This document shows, piece after piece, positions 38,002-47,576 of a stretch of 64,000 bases of DNA. The DNA is from Chloroflexota bacterium (GTDB lineage: Bacteria; Chloroflexota; Chloroflexia; QHBQ01). A program made the position numbers and the translations under genes. Each line of letters starts with the position of its first letter. Position 1 is the stretch's first letter. The notes beneath the pieces were generated by a model. It saw only the letters and a list, made by a program, of their open reading frames with translations, did not search any database and had not been told where the DNA came from. The DNA lies in assembly GCA_025355955.1 (NCBI GenBank), contig JANXYP010000200.1, positions 16,125-80,124 of the forward strand, in the 5' to 3' direction.

Positions 38002-38105
38002 ATAATCGTAGCGGTTCACAAGCAGATTCAAAGTAACCAGGCTGTCACCCTCCCCTGCGAGAACGCTTTTGTATTAGTCAATAGTTAGATTAGGAGGATT
38101 CAACA

Positions 38106-38993
38106 ATGGCGGATAGCAGCGAGCAGAAGTTTAAGGAATATGCCCACCCCGAAGTGCTGGTCAGCACCGCGTGGGTAGCCGAACATCTCAAGGACTCCCA
38201 CGTACGTATAGTCGAATCGGACGAGGATGTGCTACTTTACGAGCAGGGCCACGTTCCCGGCGCGGTCAAGCTGGACTGGCACACCGAGGAGCAGCACCCG
38301 CTGATGCGTGACTTCGTGGACAAGGAAGGCTTCGAGCATCTGATGAGCAGCAAGGGCATCGCCAACGACACCACCGTGGTGTTCTATGGCGACAAGAACA
38401 ACTGGTACGCCACCTATACCTTCTGGCTGTTCAAGTATTATGGGCATAAGGATTGCCGCGTGATGGACGGTGGGCGGGCCAAGTGGGTTGCCGAGGGCCG
38501 TGAACTAAGCAAGGACGATGCTGACTATGCGGCTACCAAGTACAAGGCCCAGGACCGCGATACCAGCGTGCGGGTGTTCCGCGACGATGTGCTGAAAGGG
38601 TTGAACGACCACAACCGTCGGTTGATTGATGTGCGTAGCCCGCAAGAGTACAGCGGCGAGATGCTGGCAATGACCGGCTACGCACAGGAGGGCGCACAGC
38701 GGGCGGGTCATATCCCCACCGCCAAGAGCATCCCCTGGGCGAAGGCGGCTGCCGAGGATGGCACCTTCAAGCCCGCCTCCGACCTCAAAACCCTGTATGG
38801 CGGCCATGATATAACCCCAGACAAGGATGTGGTCGCTTATTGTCGCATCGGCGAACGTAGCAGCCATACCTGGTTCGTGCTGACCTACCTGCTCGGCTAT
38901 CCCCATGTCCGTAACTACGACGGTAGCTGGACCGAGTGGGGCAGCAGCGTTGCCGTGCCAATCGAGCGCAGCACCGATAAGCCTGCCTCCTGA
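38106..38993 (+). CDS. Tandem-rhodanese thiosulfate sulfurtransferase (CysA/SseA type)
   Basis: [15 protein letters not shown] active-site loop and YDGSWTEW. Confidence 0.92.
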   Translation: MADSSEQKFKEYAHPEVLVSTAWVAEHLKDSHVRIVESDEDVLLYEQGHVPGAVKLDWHTEEQHPLMRDFVDKEGFEHLMSSKGIANDTTVVFYGDKNNWYATYTFWLFKYYGHKDCRVMDGGRAKWVAEGRELSKDDADYAATKYKAQDRDTSVRVFRDDVLKGLNDHNRRLIDVRSPQEYSGEMLAMTGYAQEGAQRAGHIPTAKSIPWAKAAAEDGTFKPASDLKTLYGGHDITPDKDVVAYCRIGERSSHTWFVLTYLLGYPHVRNYDGSWTEWGSSVAVPIERSTDKPAS

Positions 38994-39209
38994 GCATTGT
39001 AAAAGGCGCATTGCTAAAGACTCTCCCTGTGGGTAGATTTGGTGAAGGGAAAACTCGTCTTGCGACAATCTTGCGTGTAAGTCAACCTTCATCCCTCACC
39101 AAACCTCTCCCTGCCAGGGAGAGGCTTTTTGCTGCCCATTTTGCGCCCAATCACAGCGGGTGTATAATATAATCGGGCTGGACATTCAGCCGCGAGAGGG
39201 GAGATAGCA

Positions 39210-39605
39210 ATGGCGGAGATCCGCAAGTTTTACACCGTAGAGGAAGCCAATCGGCTGCTGCCGCAGCTAACCGCGACCCTGCGCGAGATGCAGGCATCCA
39301 AGGATGAGATTATCGCCCACCGCGACGAGCTTGAGCAGTTGGAGCTGGTGGCGGCCAGCAACGGCCACGCCCGCCATGCTGAGGAGCTAACCGCCCGCCT
39401 CGACGATTTGGTGCGTCTACTCGAAGCGCGGCTGGAGCGCATCGTGGCTGCCAGCATCGAACTGCGCGACCTCGACGACGGCTTGCTCGACTTTCCATCA
39501 CTGCGCGGCACACGCATGATCTGGCTCTGCTGGAAGCAGGGCGAACCGCAGGTTGCCTACTGGCATGAACTGAGCAGTGGCTTCGCCACCAGGCAGAGAT
39601 TGTAG
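39210..39605 (+). CDS. DUF2203 family protein
   Basis: YTVEEAN.LLP, GLLDFP, LCWK.GE and YWH...GF..R. Confidence 0.85.
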   Translation: MAEIRKFYTVEEANRLLPQLTATLREMQASKDEIIAHRDELEQLELVAASNGHARHAEELTARLDDLVRLLEARLERIVAASIELRDLDDGLLDFPSLRGTRMIWLCWKQGEPQVAYWHELSSGFATRQRL

Positions 39606-39762
39606 AGATTGCAGATCGTAGATTTAAGATTGCAGATTATGGCCCAAACTTATGCCACCTACTCCCATATTCTGAATTGCAAGTTGTAAATGGCAGCCGG
39701 GTATTCACCCCACTAAGCTGCAATCTGCAATCTTAAACCTGCAATCATTTAGAGGAACATTA

Positions 39763-40305
39763 ATGTCCGATGGACAGAAAGCGATAGGCGGGGCGGAGCG
39801 GCGGGAGCAACTCGCCACTTTGTTGCGGGCGGCAAATGGCAATCCGATTGCCGGTGCCGAGCTGGCAGCGCGGGTGGGGGTCAGCCGCCAGGTGGTGGTA
39901 CAAGATATGGCGCTGCTGCGGGCCAGCGGGCGGCGCATCATCGGCACGCCGGGCGGCTACCTGCTGCTGGGCGAACTCGACCATAGCACAGTCACAGCGG
40001 TGCTGCCCTGCCGCCACGATGCCGCGCAGGTGGAGCAGGAGCTAAACATTATGGTGGACTGCGGCCTGCGCGTGCTGGATGTGGTAGTCGAGCACCCTCT
40101 CTACGGTGAACTGCGCGGCAACCTGATGATAAATGACCGCGCCGATGTGCATCGTTTTGTCGCGGGCCTGCGCGAGGGGCAGTACAGTATGCTGGCCGCG
40201 CTCACGGGTGGGGTCCACCTCCATACCGTCGAAGCCCCAACCCAGGCCAGCATCGCGCAGGCACGGCAGGAATTGCGGGCGGCGGGAATATTGCTGGAGG
40301 AGTGA
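39763..40305 (+). CDS. niaR: NiaR (HTH + 3H domain) transcriptional repressor
   Basis: GVSRQVVVQD.ALLR, C.H, VEHPLYG and GVHLHT. Confidence 0.88.
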   Translation: MSDGQKAIGGAERREQLATLLRAANGNPIAGAELAARVGVSRQVVVQDMALLRASGRRIIGTPGGYLLLGELDHSTVTAVLPCRHDAAQVEQELNIMVDCGLRVLDVVVEHPLYGELRGNLMINDRADVHRFVAGLREGQYSMLAALTGGVHLHTVEAPTQASIAQARQELRAAGILLEE

Positions 40306-40461
40306 TTGGGGTGAATGGTGAATGGTGAAGGTGGATGTAGGGGCGGCATAAATCCCGCCCTGGTGAAGCGTGTCACTAGCAAAAAAGCCGCTGCACCCCA
40401 TCCGATTATCCGTTTATTCGCTGTCACAATCCGCTGGCTTACCCGTTTCGCGCCCAGCATT

Positions 40462-40598
40462 AACAGCTTGCGATAGGCATTGATGCGCTTCAGCAGGGCG
40501 TATGCCATACGCCCCTACGGGTAAATCCGCAACAGCTTGCGATAGGTATTGGTGCGCTTCAGCAGGGCGTATGCCATACGCCCCTACGGGTAAATCCG
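40462..40598. repeat. Two tandem ~69-bp units carrying the REP variant GGGCGTATGCCATACGCCCCTAC
   Basis: Direct repeat; linker shared with the 32930 array. Confidence 0.85.
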
Positions 40599-40723
40599 CT
40601 TGTTTTCAGACAGCCTCTTAAACCAAGCTTAACCCTGCCTCTCCATATGTGAAAACTAAAGCGCAAAAATAAGCAATTGATAGCTGGTTGGCGAAGGATG
40701 CAATCGGTCGCGTCTTTGTATCT

Positions 40724-42961
40724 TCAAATGAACCTCGCAGTGATACTCCGCTGGCAGTTTTTCAATTCTTGCGGTGGCCCCTCAAACAACACTTCACCAC
40801 CAGCGCTGCCCCCTTCGGGACCCAGGTCTATGATCCAGTCGGCCTGCCGGATCACGTCCAGATGATGCTCAATCAGGATGACCGTGTTGCTGGCATCCAC
40901 CAGCCGGTCAATGATGCCCATCAGCAGGTTGATGTCGGAACGGTGTAGCCCGGTGGTGGGTTCGTCCATCACGTAGACGCTACCCTTTTTGTGCAGTTCG
41001 GTAGCGATTTTCAGGCGTTGCCCTTCACCGCCCGACACGGTACTGAGTGGCTGGCCCAGTGTTAGGTAGCCCAGCCCCACGTCGTTCATCGCTTGCAGCA
41101 CGGCCTTGACCTTCTTCTCGCTGAAGAAGATCAGGGCTTCCTCCACCGCCATGTCCAGCACGTCGCTGATGGTCTTGCCGCGTAGGTGGTACTCCAACAC
41201 ATCGGGCTTGAAACGTTTGCCCTCGCAGATTTCGCAGGTGGATGCGTATCCCTCCATGAACGCCAGGTCGGTGTACACCACACCCAGACCGTTGCAGTTG
41301 GGGCAACTGCCCTCCGAGTTGAAACTGAAGAGCGCCGCGCTAACCTTGTTGGTTTTAGCGAACGCCTGCCGAATGTCGTCCATGATGCCGGTATAGGTGG
41401 CCGGAGCCGAGCGGCTGTTTGCCGTCACGCGGGACTGATCGATCACAATCGCGCCCGCGTGCTGCTGCAGGAAGACATCGTTAATCAGGGTGCTTTTTCC
41501 CGAACCAGCCACCCCCGTCACCACAGTCAGTACGCCAGTGGGAATGTTCACCGTGACGTTCTTCAGGTTATGCAGGGTGGCATTCTTGATCGCCATATGC
41601 CCAGTGGGCAGCCGTACCTGCTGCTTGATTGGCAGGCGCTGCTTCACAAATCGCCCGGTGAGGGTGTCAGCGTTCTTGAGCGCTTCATAGCTGCCCTCAA
41701 ATACCACTTCACCGCCATGTATCCCCGCCTTTGGGCCGAGGTCTACCAGGTGATCGGCGATCGCCATTACATCTGGATCATGCTCGACGATCAGGACGGT
41801 ATTGCCCTTGTCTCGCAGCTTCTGCAGCAGGCTGTTCAGGCGGGCGACATCGCGGGCGTGCAGCCCCACGCTGGGTTCATCGAGGATGTACAGCATCTCG
41901 GTCAGGCTGTTGCCCAGGTGCCGAATCATCTTCACCCGCTGCGACTCGCCGCCGGACAGGGTGGAGGTTTCGCGGCTGAGGCTCAGATAACCCAGCCCAA
42001 TATCTATGAGGTGCTGCAAGCGTTCGCTGAGACTGGTAGCTACGCGCATGGCGACTGGATCGCTGAACTCCCCCAGGAGTTTGACCAGTTCGGTCGCTTC
42101 CAGGTCGGAGAGTTCGGCGATATTGTGGCCGCCAATCCTGCAATTCAGGGCGGCCTGGTTGAGCCTGGCACCATGGCACAGCGGGCAAGTCTGCGAGGTG
42201 GTGAATTGCTCGAAGACGGCACGGTTGCGTTCGGACATTGCCGCCGCGTCCTTCTTGACAAACGAGCGGTTGAAACGCTCGACAAGGCCTTCATATTGCA
42301 GATAGCCCATGCCCAGATCAATCTTAGCTGCGTCTGCGCCGTACAGCAGAGCGTTCAGCTCCTCCTCCGTGTAATCCTTGATTGGTTTATCGTTGTCGAA
42401 GAGGCCGGAGAGGGCGTAGGTCTTCCACAGCAAATTGCCGACTTTGAACGCAGGGTGGAGGGTTGCCCCGCCATTCAGCGACTTGCTGCGATCGAGGAAC
42501 TTGTCCAGATCGAGCTGCACCGTCTTGCCGATACCTTCGCACTCTGGACACATTCCCTGGATGGTGTTGAACGAGAAGTGGTAGCCCGGACCGACATAGG
42601 GCTGTCCCGCCCGTGAGAAGAGCAGCCGCAGCAAAGTGGCAATATCCGTGTATGTGCCTGCGGTCGAACGCGAGCCACCGCCGACCCGCTTCTGGTCAAT
42701 GATGACCGGCGCGTTCAGGTTTTCGATATGGTCCACGTCCGGTTGGCCGTAGTGCGGCAGGAAGCCTTGCACGAAGAAGGTGAAGGTTTCGTTCAACTGG
42801 CGTTGCGCTTCGGCGGCGATGGTGTCGAATACCAGTGAAGATTTGCCAGAGCCAGACACGCCGGTAAACACCGTGATCTTCTGCTTGGGGATGTTCAGCG
42901 AGATGTCCTTGAGGTTGTTTTCGCGTGCGCCGTGAACCTCGATGAACTGCCGATCGGTCAT
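40724..42961 (-). CDS. Class II UvrA-like (DrrC-type) ABC ATPase
   Basis: Two Walker A motifs (GVSGSGKS, GVAGSGKS), LSGGE/VSGGE and CxxC pairs; 745 aa, shorter than canonical UvrA. Confidence 0.88.
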   Translation of the reverse strand: MTDRQFIEVHGARENNLKDISLNIPKQKITVFTGVSGSGKSSLVFDTIAAEAQRQLNETFTFFVQGFLPHYGQPDVDHIENLNAPVIIDQKRVGGGSRSTAGTYTDIATLLRLLFSRAGQPYVGPGYHFSFNTIQGMCPECEGIGKTVQLDLDKFLDRSKSLNGGATLHPAFKVGNLLWKTYALSGLFDNDKPIKDYTEEELNALLYGADAAKIDLGMGYLQYEGLVERFNRSFVKKDAAAMSERNRAVFEQFTTSQTCPLCHGARLNQAALNCRIGGHNIAELSDLEATELVKLLGEFSDPVAMRVATSLSERLQHLIDIGLGYLSLSRETSTLSGGESQRVKMIRHLGNSLTEMLYILDEPSVGLHARDVARLNSLLQKLRDKGNTVLIVEHDPDVMAIADHLVDLGPKAGIHGGEVVFEGSYEALKNADTLTGRFVKQRLPIKQQVRLPTGHMAIKNATLHNLKNVTVNIPTGVLTVVTGVAGSGKSTLINDVFLQQHAGAIVIDQSRVTANSRSAPATYTGIMDDIRQAFAKTNKVSAALFSFNSEGSCPNCNGLGVVYTDLAFMEGYASTCEICEGKRFKPDVLEYHLRGKTISDVLDMAVEEALIFFSEKKVKAVLQAMNDVGLGYLTLGQPLSTVSGGEGQRLKIATELHKKGSVYVMDEPTTGLHRSDINLLMGIIDRLVDASNTVILIEHHLDVIRQADWIIDLGPEGGSAGGEVLFEGPPQELKNCQRSITARFI

Positions 42962-43029
42962 GCGTACCTCCTTGTTGTGCCAAAAGTGTCCGAAGCGATA
43001 ATGTTGACGTTACTGGGGTGGAGCAGGGT

Positions 43030-43392
43030 AGCGGGCCGCCGGGTTACTGGGGGCTGGGGGCGTAGCCCCGCACGGTGCAGCGTTACTAAGGCTGTGGGAC
43101 AATACCAGCGTCTATTATCTCACTTCTGGCAATTGTGGGCAAGGCAAGGAGACGAGCTTGAACAATTGTGGCGGGTGGGGCAGGGCAGCGGGCCGACGAG
43201 TTACCGGGGGCTGGGGGCGTAGCCCCGCACGGTGCAGCGTTAATAAGGCTAGGGACAATGGCAGCGTCTATTATCCCACTTCTGGCAATTGTGGGCAAGA
43301 CGAGGAGACGGTGAACACCAGTTCCGATAAGCATTAGTAGCGCTCGACCGATCGGGCTGCGCCCCAACCCCCTGGTAACTCGTCGGCCCGCC
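43030..43392. mobile_element. Family E element with ~38-bp TIRs and a 157-bp tandem duplication
   Basis: GCGGGCCGACGAGTTACCGGGGGCTGGGGGCGTAGCCC-like sequence twice in direct and once in inverted orientation. Confidence 0.7.
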
Positions 43393-43458
43393 GCCTGATC
43401 CGAACGTTACTGCCGGTCAGCAGCTGGGAGCTGAACCCCCAGACCCCCACGCAGTCTT

Positions 43459-45618
43459 CTACGGAGTTAGCGTGGGCGTAGCGAACACCGATGGCTCATA
43501 GGGGTTGGCGGTGCTGGACAGGGTGTTCGCCAGGGCGATTAGCTGATCCTTACTCATCTGCAAGCCGCGCAGTTCCACGTAGCTGCTCTGCTTGACCATC
43601 CACAATGTCGGCCCGCCCTGCTGCGTTGGGTTGTTCAGGAAGTGCGCGGCGCTGCCGTCGGCCAGCGTCACTGCCTCACCCTGCTGGCTGGGGTCAGCAT
43701 CGCGGCAGCAGCCTTTCGCGCCGCTAAGGACACTGAGGGCGAAGCTGCCATCGGGGTGATGGTAGACAAGCTCCACTGTATTCACCCCCTCATAAGAGGT
43801 TGCATTCTTAATGTTGAATACATGGACATTTACTGGCGGCTCGACGATTAGTCCGACGGGAGTATCAGGGGGCGCGAAGATGGCGAATGGTAGCTTCCCG
43901 CGCATAGCATCGAGTCGGGGGAGGCCAAACAGTGTGTTGGAAATTGGAGTAGGGGTCGCGGTTACCCCAATCGGCACCTGAGTGAATGAGTTAGCGACCT
44001 TGATAAGCTCGTCGCTGCTCAGGGTAGCGTTAGACAAGCCTAGTTCGTTTCCGTCCCGGTTCAACTCCAGAAATATCACTGGTTGACCGTTGCGATAAGT
44101 TGTATGGGTGAGCCATGCCCTTCTACCACCTACATACACTGACTGCTCATCGGATGAATGTGCCGAGCTAGCGCCTAGCGCCTGCTCCTCGATAAGCAAC
44201 CCATGTGCCATAGGATCAATCGGTTGGTTTGCTTCGCTGGCTGGCACGTATTCCAAATTCAGATACATACCCGAATCTGGAGCTGAAGGGAGTACGTTTG
44301 GCTGACGCGGAACCAGGTTATTAGGTATGTAGGACGGCAGGAACAGAGAGAAACCTGCCTTTGCGGACAAATCCTGCATCTGCGCGTCAAACTGCGTTTG
44401 TGTGGCCGCCCCTTTCGGGCGATAGTCGCTTACGCTGGTACCTGGCGGGGGCGTAAAGGTAAACACTGACTGATCGATCGGCATATCAAACTGGGCGGTG
44501 GTGGCGGTTACTCGCCGACTAAGGTTGTTGCCGTTGTATATCTCATATTTGAGCATGAAGTAGTTGCTGCGATCAATCCAGATTACGAACCGCGCTACTG
44601 GTGAAACTCCTGACGCTAGCGGCCCGTTGGGAAAAGCAGGTGAGGGTACGTTTAGCATTGATGCGGGCGAAGCTGAAGATGAAGGAGGGCAGTGTGATTG
44701 ACCCGAGTCGATCACGTAAGTTGCGCGGCCAGCGACTGTGTCAGTGCCTCGCAGCGCAGGTGTGTAGCATTGCCCCATGCTATCAAGGACACTATATTGC
44801 CAGTTAGTGGTAACGAATTGCAATCGGTTCATGCTGTCTGTGGGATTGTACTCTCTACCAAATAGCTCCACATGAGCGCTCTTATTGCTGGTGGTACCGC
44901 CCACAGTGCCATCGTAGTGCCAAACGTAAGTGCCATCACTGACATCAATTTGCTCATCCGGTATAAACTGCGTCCCTTTACTGGAAAAACCGATGCTGTT
45001 GCTACTCACAGTTCGCCAGCGGTTCGGCGCTTCGTACCAGAGGGCAGTAGGTACGCTGTTGGTTACTACTTCTGGACGAGCTGTTGTTGGGATGGAGTTA
45101 GGGCCGCCCATAGGAGGGATGGACAAATCCATCTCTTCACTTTGAGTAATTACCAAACTCTTGATGCTGCCATCGGTAAACACCGCCTGCGCCCTCTTGA
45201 TGATCTGATCGGCGCTTAGGGGTGTGGGGTTGTTGCTCAGGCTGCCGACCAGCAGCCAGCCACCTGCCAGGATAAGGATAGCAACAGCGGCAGTCGCCAG
45301 GCGGGGGAAGAACCAGCGGCGCAGCGGCTTGGTGGGGGCGGGTTGGCTAAAGCGACCCGCGCCGATGTCGGGCAGCATGGGCATGACGGGTGCCTGCTCT
45401 GCGCTAGTTGCGCCTTGCAGTGCGCTTTCCAGTTGGGCCTTGAGGCGGATTTGATAGGCCAGCGTGGGCGCGGGCGTGTCAAGGCCACGCCGCAGCATCT
45501 GTGCTTGCTCTGCCAGTTCGGCATCCAGCCCGGCAGTTGGCGGCGCGGTGGGGTTCTGCTCAAGCTGACGGCAGTATTGCTCCAGTAGCGCGGCCTGCTG
45601 TTCTTCGTCACTGCCCAT
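43459..45618 (-). CDS. Putative membrane anti-sigma factor with LolA/RseB-like and DUF4367-like extracytoplasmic domains
   Basis: Directly follows the ECF gene; one TM helix; W..AP.RWR, VAGRATYVI, WID...LK.E and F.FTPPPG. Confidence 0.7.
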   Translation of the reverse strand: MGSDEEQQAALLEQYCRQLEQNPTAPPTAGLDAELAEQAQMLRRGLDTPAPTLAYQIRLKAQLESALQGATSAEQAPVMPMLPDIGAGRFSQPAPTKPLRRWFFPRLATAAVAILILAGGWLLVGSLSNNPTPLSADQIIKRAQAVFTDGSIKSLVITQSEEMDLSIPPMGGPNSIPTTARPEVVTNSVPTALWYEAPNRWRTVSSNSIGFSSKGTQFIPDEQIDVSDGTYVWHYDGTVGGTTSNKSAHVELFGREYNPTDSMNRLQFVTTNWQYSVLDSMGQCYTPALRGTDTVAGRATYVIDSGQSHCPPSSSASPASMLNVPSPAFPNGPLASGVSPVARFVIWIDRSNYFMLKYEIYNGNNLSRRVTATTAQFDMPIDQSVFTFTPPPGTSVSDYRPKGAATQTQFDAQMQDLSAKAGFSLFLPSYIPNNLVPRQPNVLPSAPDSGMYLNLEYVPASEANQPIDPMAHGLLIEEQALGASSAHSSDEQSVYVGGRRAWLTHTTYRNGQPVIFLELNRDGNELGLSNATLSSDELIKVANSFTQVPIGVTATPTPISNTLFGLPRLDAMRGKLPFAIFAPPDTPVGLIVEPPVNVHVFNIKNATSYEGVNTVELVYHHPDGSFALSVLSGAKGCCRDADPSQQGEAVTLADGSAAHFLNNPTQQGGPTLWMVKQSSYVELRGLQMSKDQLIALANTLSSTANPYEPSVFATPTLTP

Positions 45619-45632
45619 TGGATACCTCTTCC

Positions 45633-46223
45633 TTAACGACTCGGCTTCATTATCTCGCGCAAGCGTTGCATTGCCCGCAGCCGCAGCATCCGCACCGCCG
45701 CTGGCGTGCGCGACAGCGCGGCGGCAATCTGTGCGTCGGCCCAGCCAGTGAACTGCAACTCGATGACGGCCCGCTGCTCGTGGTTCAGCATTGCCAGCGC
45801 GTTGTAGAGCGGTTCGTACTCCGCGCCGCCCGCGATCGCGTCTTCGGCAGTGGGCTGTGGGTCGCTGAGGTGCATCGCGTCGTCAATCGCCGCCTCGGGC
45901 CGCTGCGCCCGATAGCTATCCACCACCACATTGTGGGCGATGCGGAACAGCCAGGCAGCGAAGTTACCCTGCTGGTAGTCGCCCAGCCTCGCCACCACGC
46001 GCAGGAACACCTCGCTGGTAGCATCCTCGGCGCGTTCGCGGTTGCCCATCCGCACGTAGCAGTAGCGGTAGACCGGCTCGAGGTAGCGTTCGTAGAGTAG
46101 GGTCAGCACGGCTGGGTCGGTATGCAGCCGTGCCACCAACCCGGCATCGTCGGATCCCGCATCAATGGCGGCGCGGTCGGCGGAGTCGGACTCAGCCTGT
46201 GCTTGTGGCGACCAGAAGGCCAT
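45633..46223 (-). CDS. ECF sigma factor
   Basis: LYERY..VYRY, AEDATSEVF, FAAWLFRIAHN..D and a region 4 helix-turn-helix. Confidence 0.92.
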   Translation of the reverse strand: MAFWSPQAQAESDSADRAAIDAGSDDAGLVARLHTDPAVLTLLYERYLEPVYRYCYVRMGNRERAEDATSEVFLRVVARLGDYQQGNFAAWLFRIAHNVVVDSYRAQRPEAAIDDAMHLSDPQPTAEDAIAGGAEYEPLYNALAMLNHEQRAVIELQFTGWADAQIAAALSRTPAAVRMLRLRAMQRLREIMKPSR

Positions 46224-46342
46224 AAGCCTCTGGACCTCTCTTCTCCCCTGGCTGGGGTTATTTGCTAATATAGACGGAAAACGGTGGGGTGTTATAACGG
46301 TGACTTTGCAGATTGAGGGTAAATGATTTGCACCTCATTCCA

Positions 46343-46775
46343 ATTAGCCAACGAGATGCTATAGTTCTGTAGGGGCGAACCGCTGTTCGCCCTGGCTCAA
46401 TCTATCGCGGCACCATCGATAATAGGAATAAGGCAAGCTCTCCCCCCACCAACCTACCCACAGGGAACCCCACAAGGGGGTTTCCCCGCTGGGGAGAGGC
46501 TTTTTGGCTTATCGTATTAGCCAACGAGATGCTATAGTTCTGTAGGGGCGAACCGCTGTTCGCCCTGGCTCAATCTATAGCGGCACCATCGCTAATGGGA
46601 ATAAGGCAAGCTCTCCCCTCACCAACCTACCCACAGGGAACCCCACAAGGGGGTTTCCCCGCTGGGGAGAGGCTTTTTGGCTTATCGTATTAACCAACGA
46701 GATGCTATAGTTCTGTAGGGGTGAACCGATGTTCGCCCTGGCTCAATCTATAGCGGCACCATCGCTAATGGGTAT
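46343..46775. repeat. 2.5 x 173-bp tandem repeat (MITE-B variant + family C-like hairpin)
   Basis: Units start at 46343, 46516 and 46689. Confidence 0.9.
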
Positions 46776-46990
46776 CGCAAACAAAGTTCTGATGGCGAGG
46801 GTGTAGTTTCCCCTCCCACCGGGAGGGGTAGGGGTGGGTGCGTGCAGCGCGACTCGGACCCACCCCCAGCTTGATTGATGCTGTGCTGGGTGGAATCTAT
46901 CTGCGTGTCAAAGTGGGTGCGTGCAGCGCGACTTGGACCCACCCCCAGCCCCTCCCGGTGGGAGGGGAGAACATCAGGACTTTGTTTATC
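46776..46990. repeat. Family C element with an internal duplication
   Basis: Homologous to 5383-5521. Confidence 0.75.
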
Positions 46991-47012
46991 CGGCTCTCAA
47001 AACTCAAAACTA

Positions 47013-47570
47013 CTATTCTGCTTCTTCCATCCCTACAGCGATGAGGTAGCCCCGCGCCCGCTCACTGAGCGGGTAACGGTTGACTAGCTTCCAGAAGGCA
47101 GTGGAGTGGTTGGCTTCGCGCAGGTGGGTCAGTTCGTGGACGATGACGTAATCCAGTACCCAGACGGGCATGGTTGCCAGCCGATCTGATATGCGGATGC
47201 TGCCGGTGGAGGGGGTGCAGCTACCGTAGCGGCGCTGCTGGTTGGTGACATACTCGATCGAGTTGTACTTCAGCTTGCCGTCGAAGTAGCGTTTGTTCAG
47301 TTCGGCAGCGCGTTCAGCAAGGTTGCGGTCGGTGTTGAGGTTGCGGCGGCGGGTCTGGCGCTCCAGGGCGAGCAGCAGGTTGTTGACCGTCTCCTGCTCC
47401 TGCACGGGGGTGAGGCCCGCAGGCACGCGCACAACGATGCGTCCACCCACGCGCTGGGCGCTAGAGGTGTTCTTGCGCCGATTGCTGCGGATAATCTCAA
47501 TCGGGGTGGGACTTGACTCGCCCGCATCAAGGTGCGATGCGGGCGGTTGGTTGTGGCGATCGTCGCTCAT
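47013..47570 (-). CDS. YgjP/DUF45-like metallo-hydrolase (M48-like)
   Basis: RYGSCT, LDYVIVHELTHL..NHS..FW..V..YP. Confidence 0.85.
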   Translation of the reverse strand: MSDDRHNQPPASHLDAGESSPTPIEIIRSNRRKNTSSAQRVGGRIVVRVPAGLTPVQEQETVNNLLLALERQTRRRNLNTDRNLAERAAELNKRYFDGKLKYNSIEYVTNQQRRYGSCTPSTGSIRISDRLATMPVWVLDYVIVHELTHLREANHSTAFWKLVNRYPLSERARGYLIAVGMEEAE

Positions 47571-47576
47571 CTCGGT

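Noticed and set aside
40724..42961. Canonical excision-repair uvrA
   Set aside because: It is too short and appears to lack the UvrB-binding insertion; it fits class II/DrrC-like proteins.
46270..46310. Autoregulatory ECF promoter (TATAAC...CGTCTA on the minus strand)
   Set aside because: The AAC-to-CGT spacing is 14 nt, shorter than typical ECF promoters, and cannot be supported without the sigma group consensus.
46343..46775. CRISPR array
   Set aside because: The intervening sequences are near-identical to each other and the period is 173 bp, so this is a tandem duplication.
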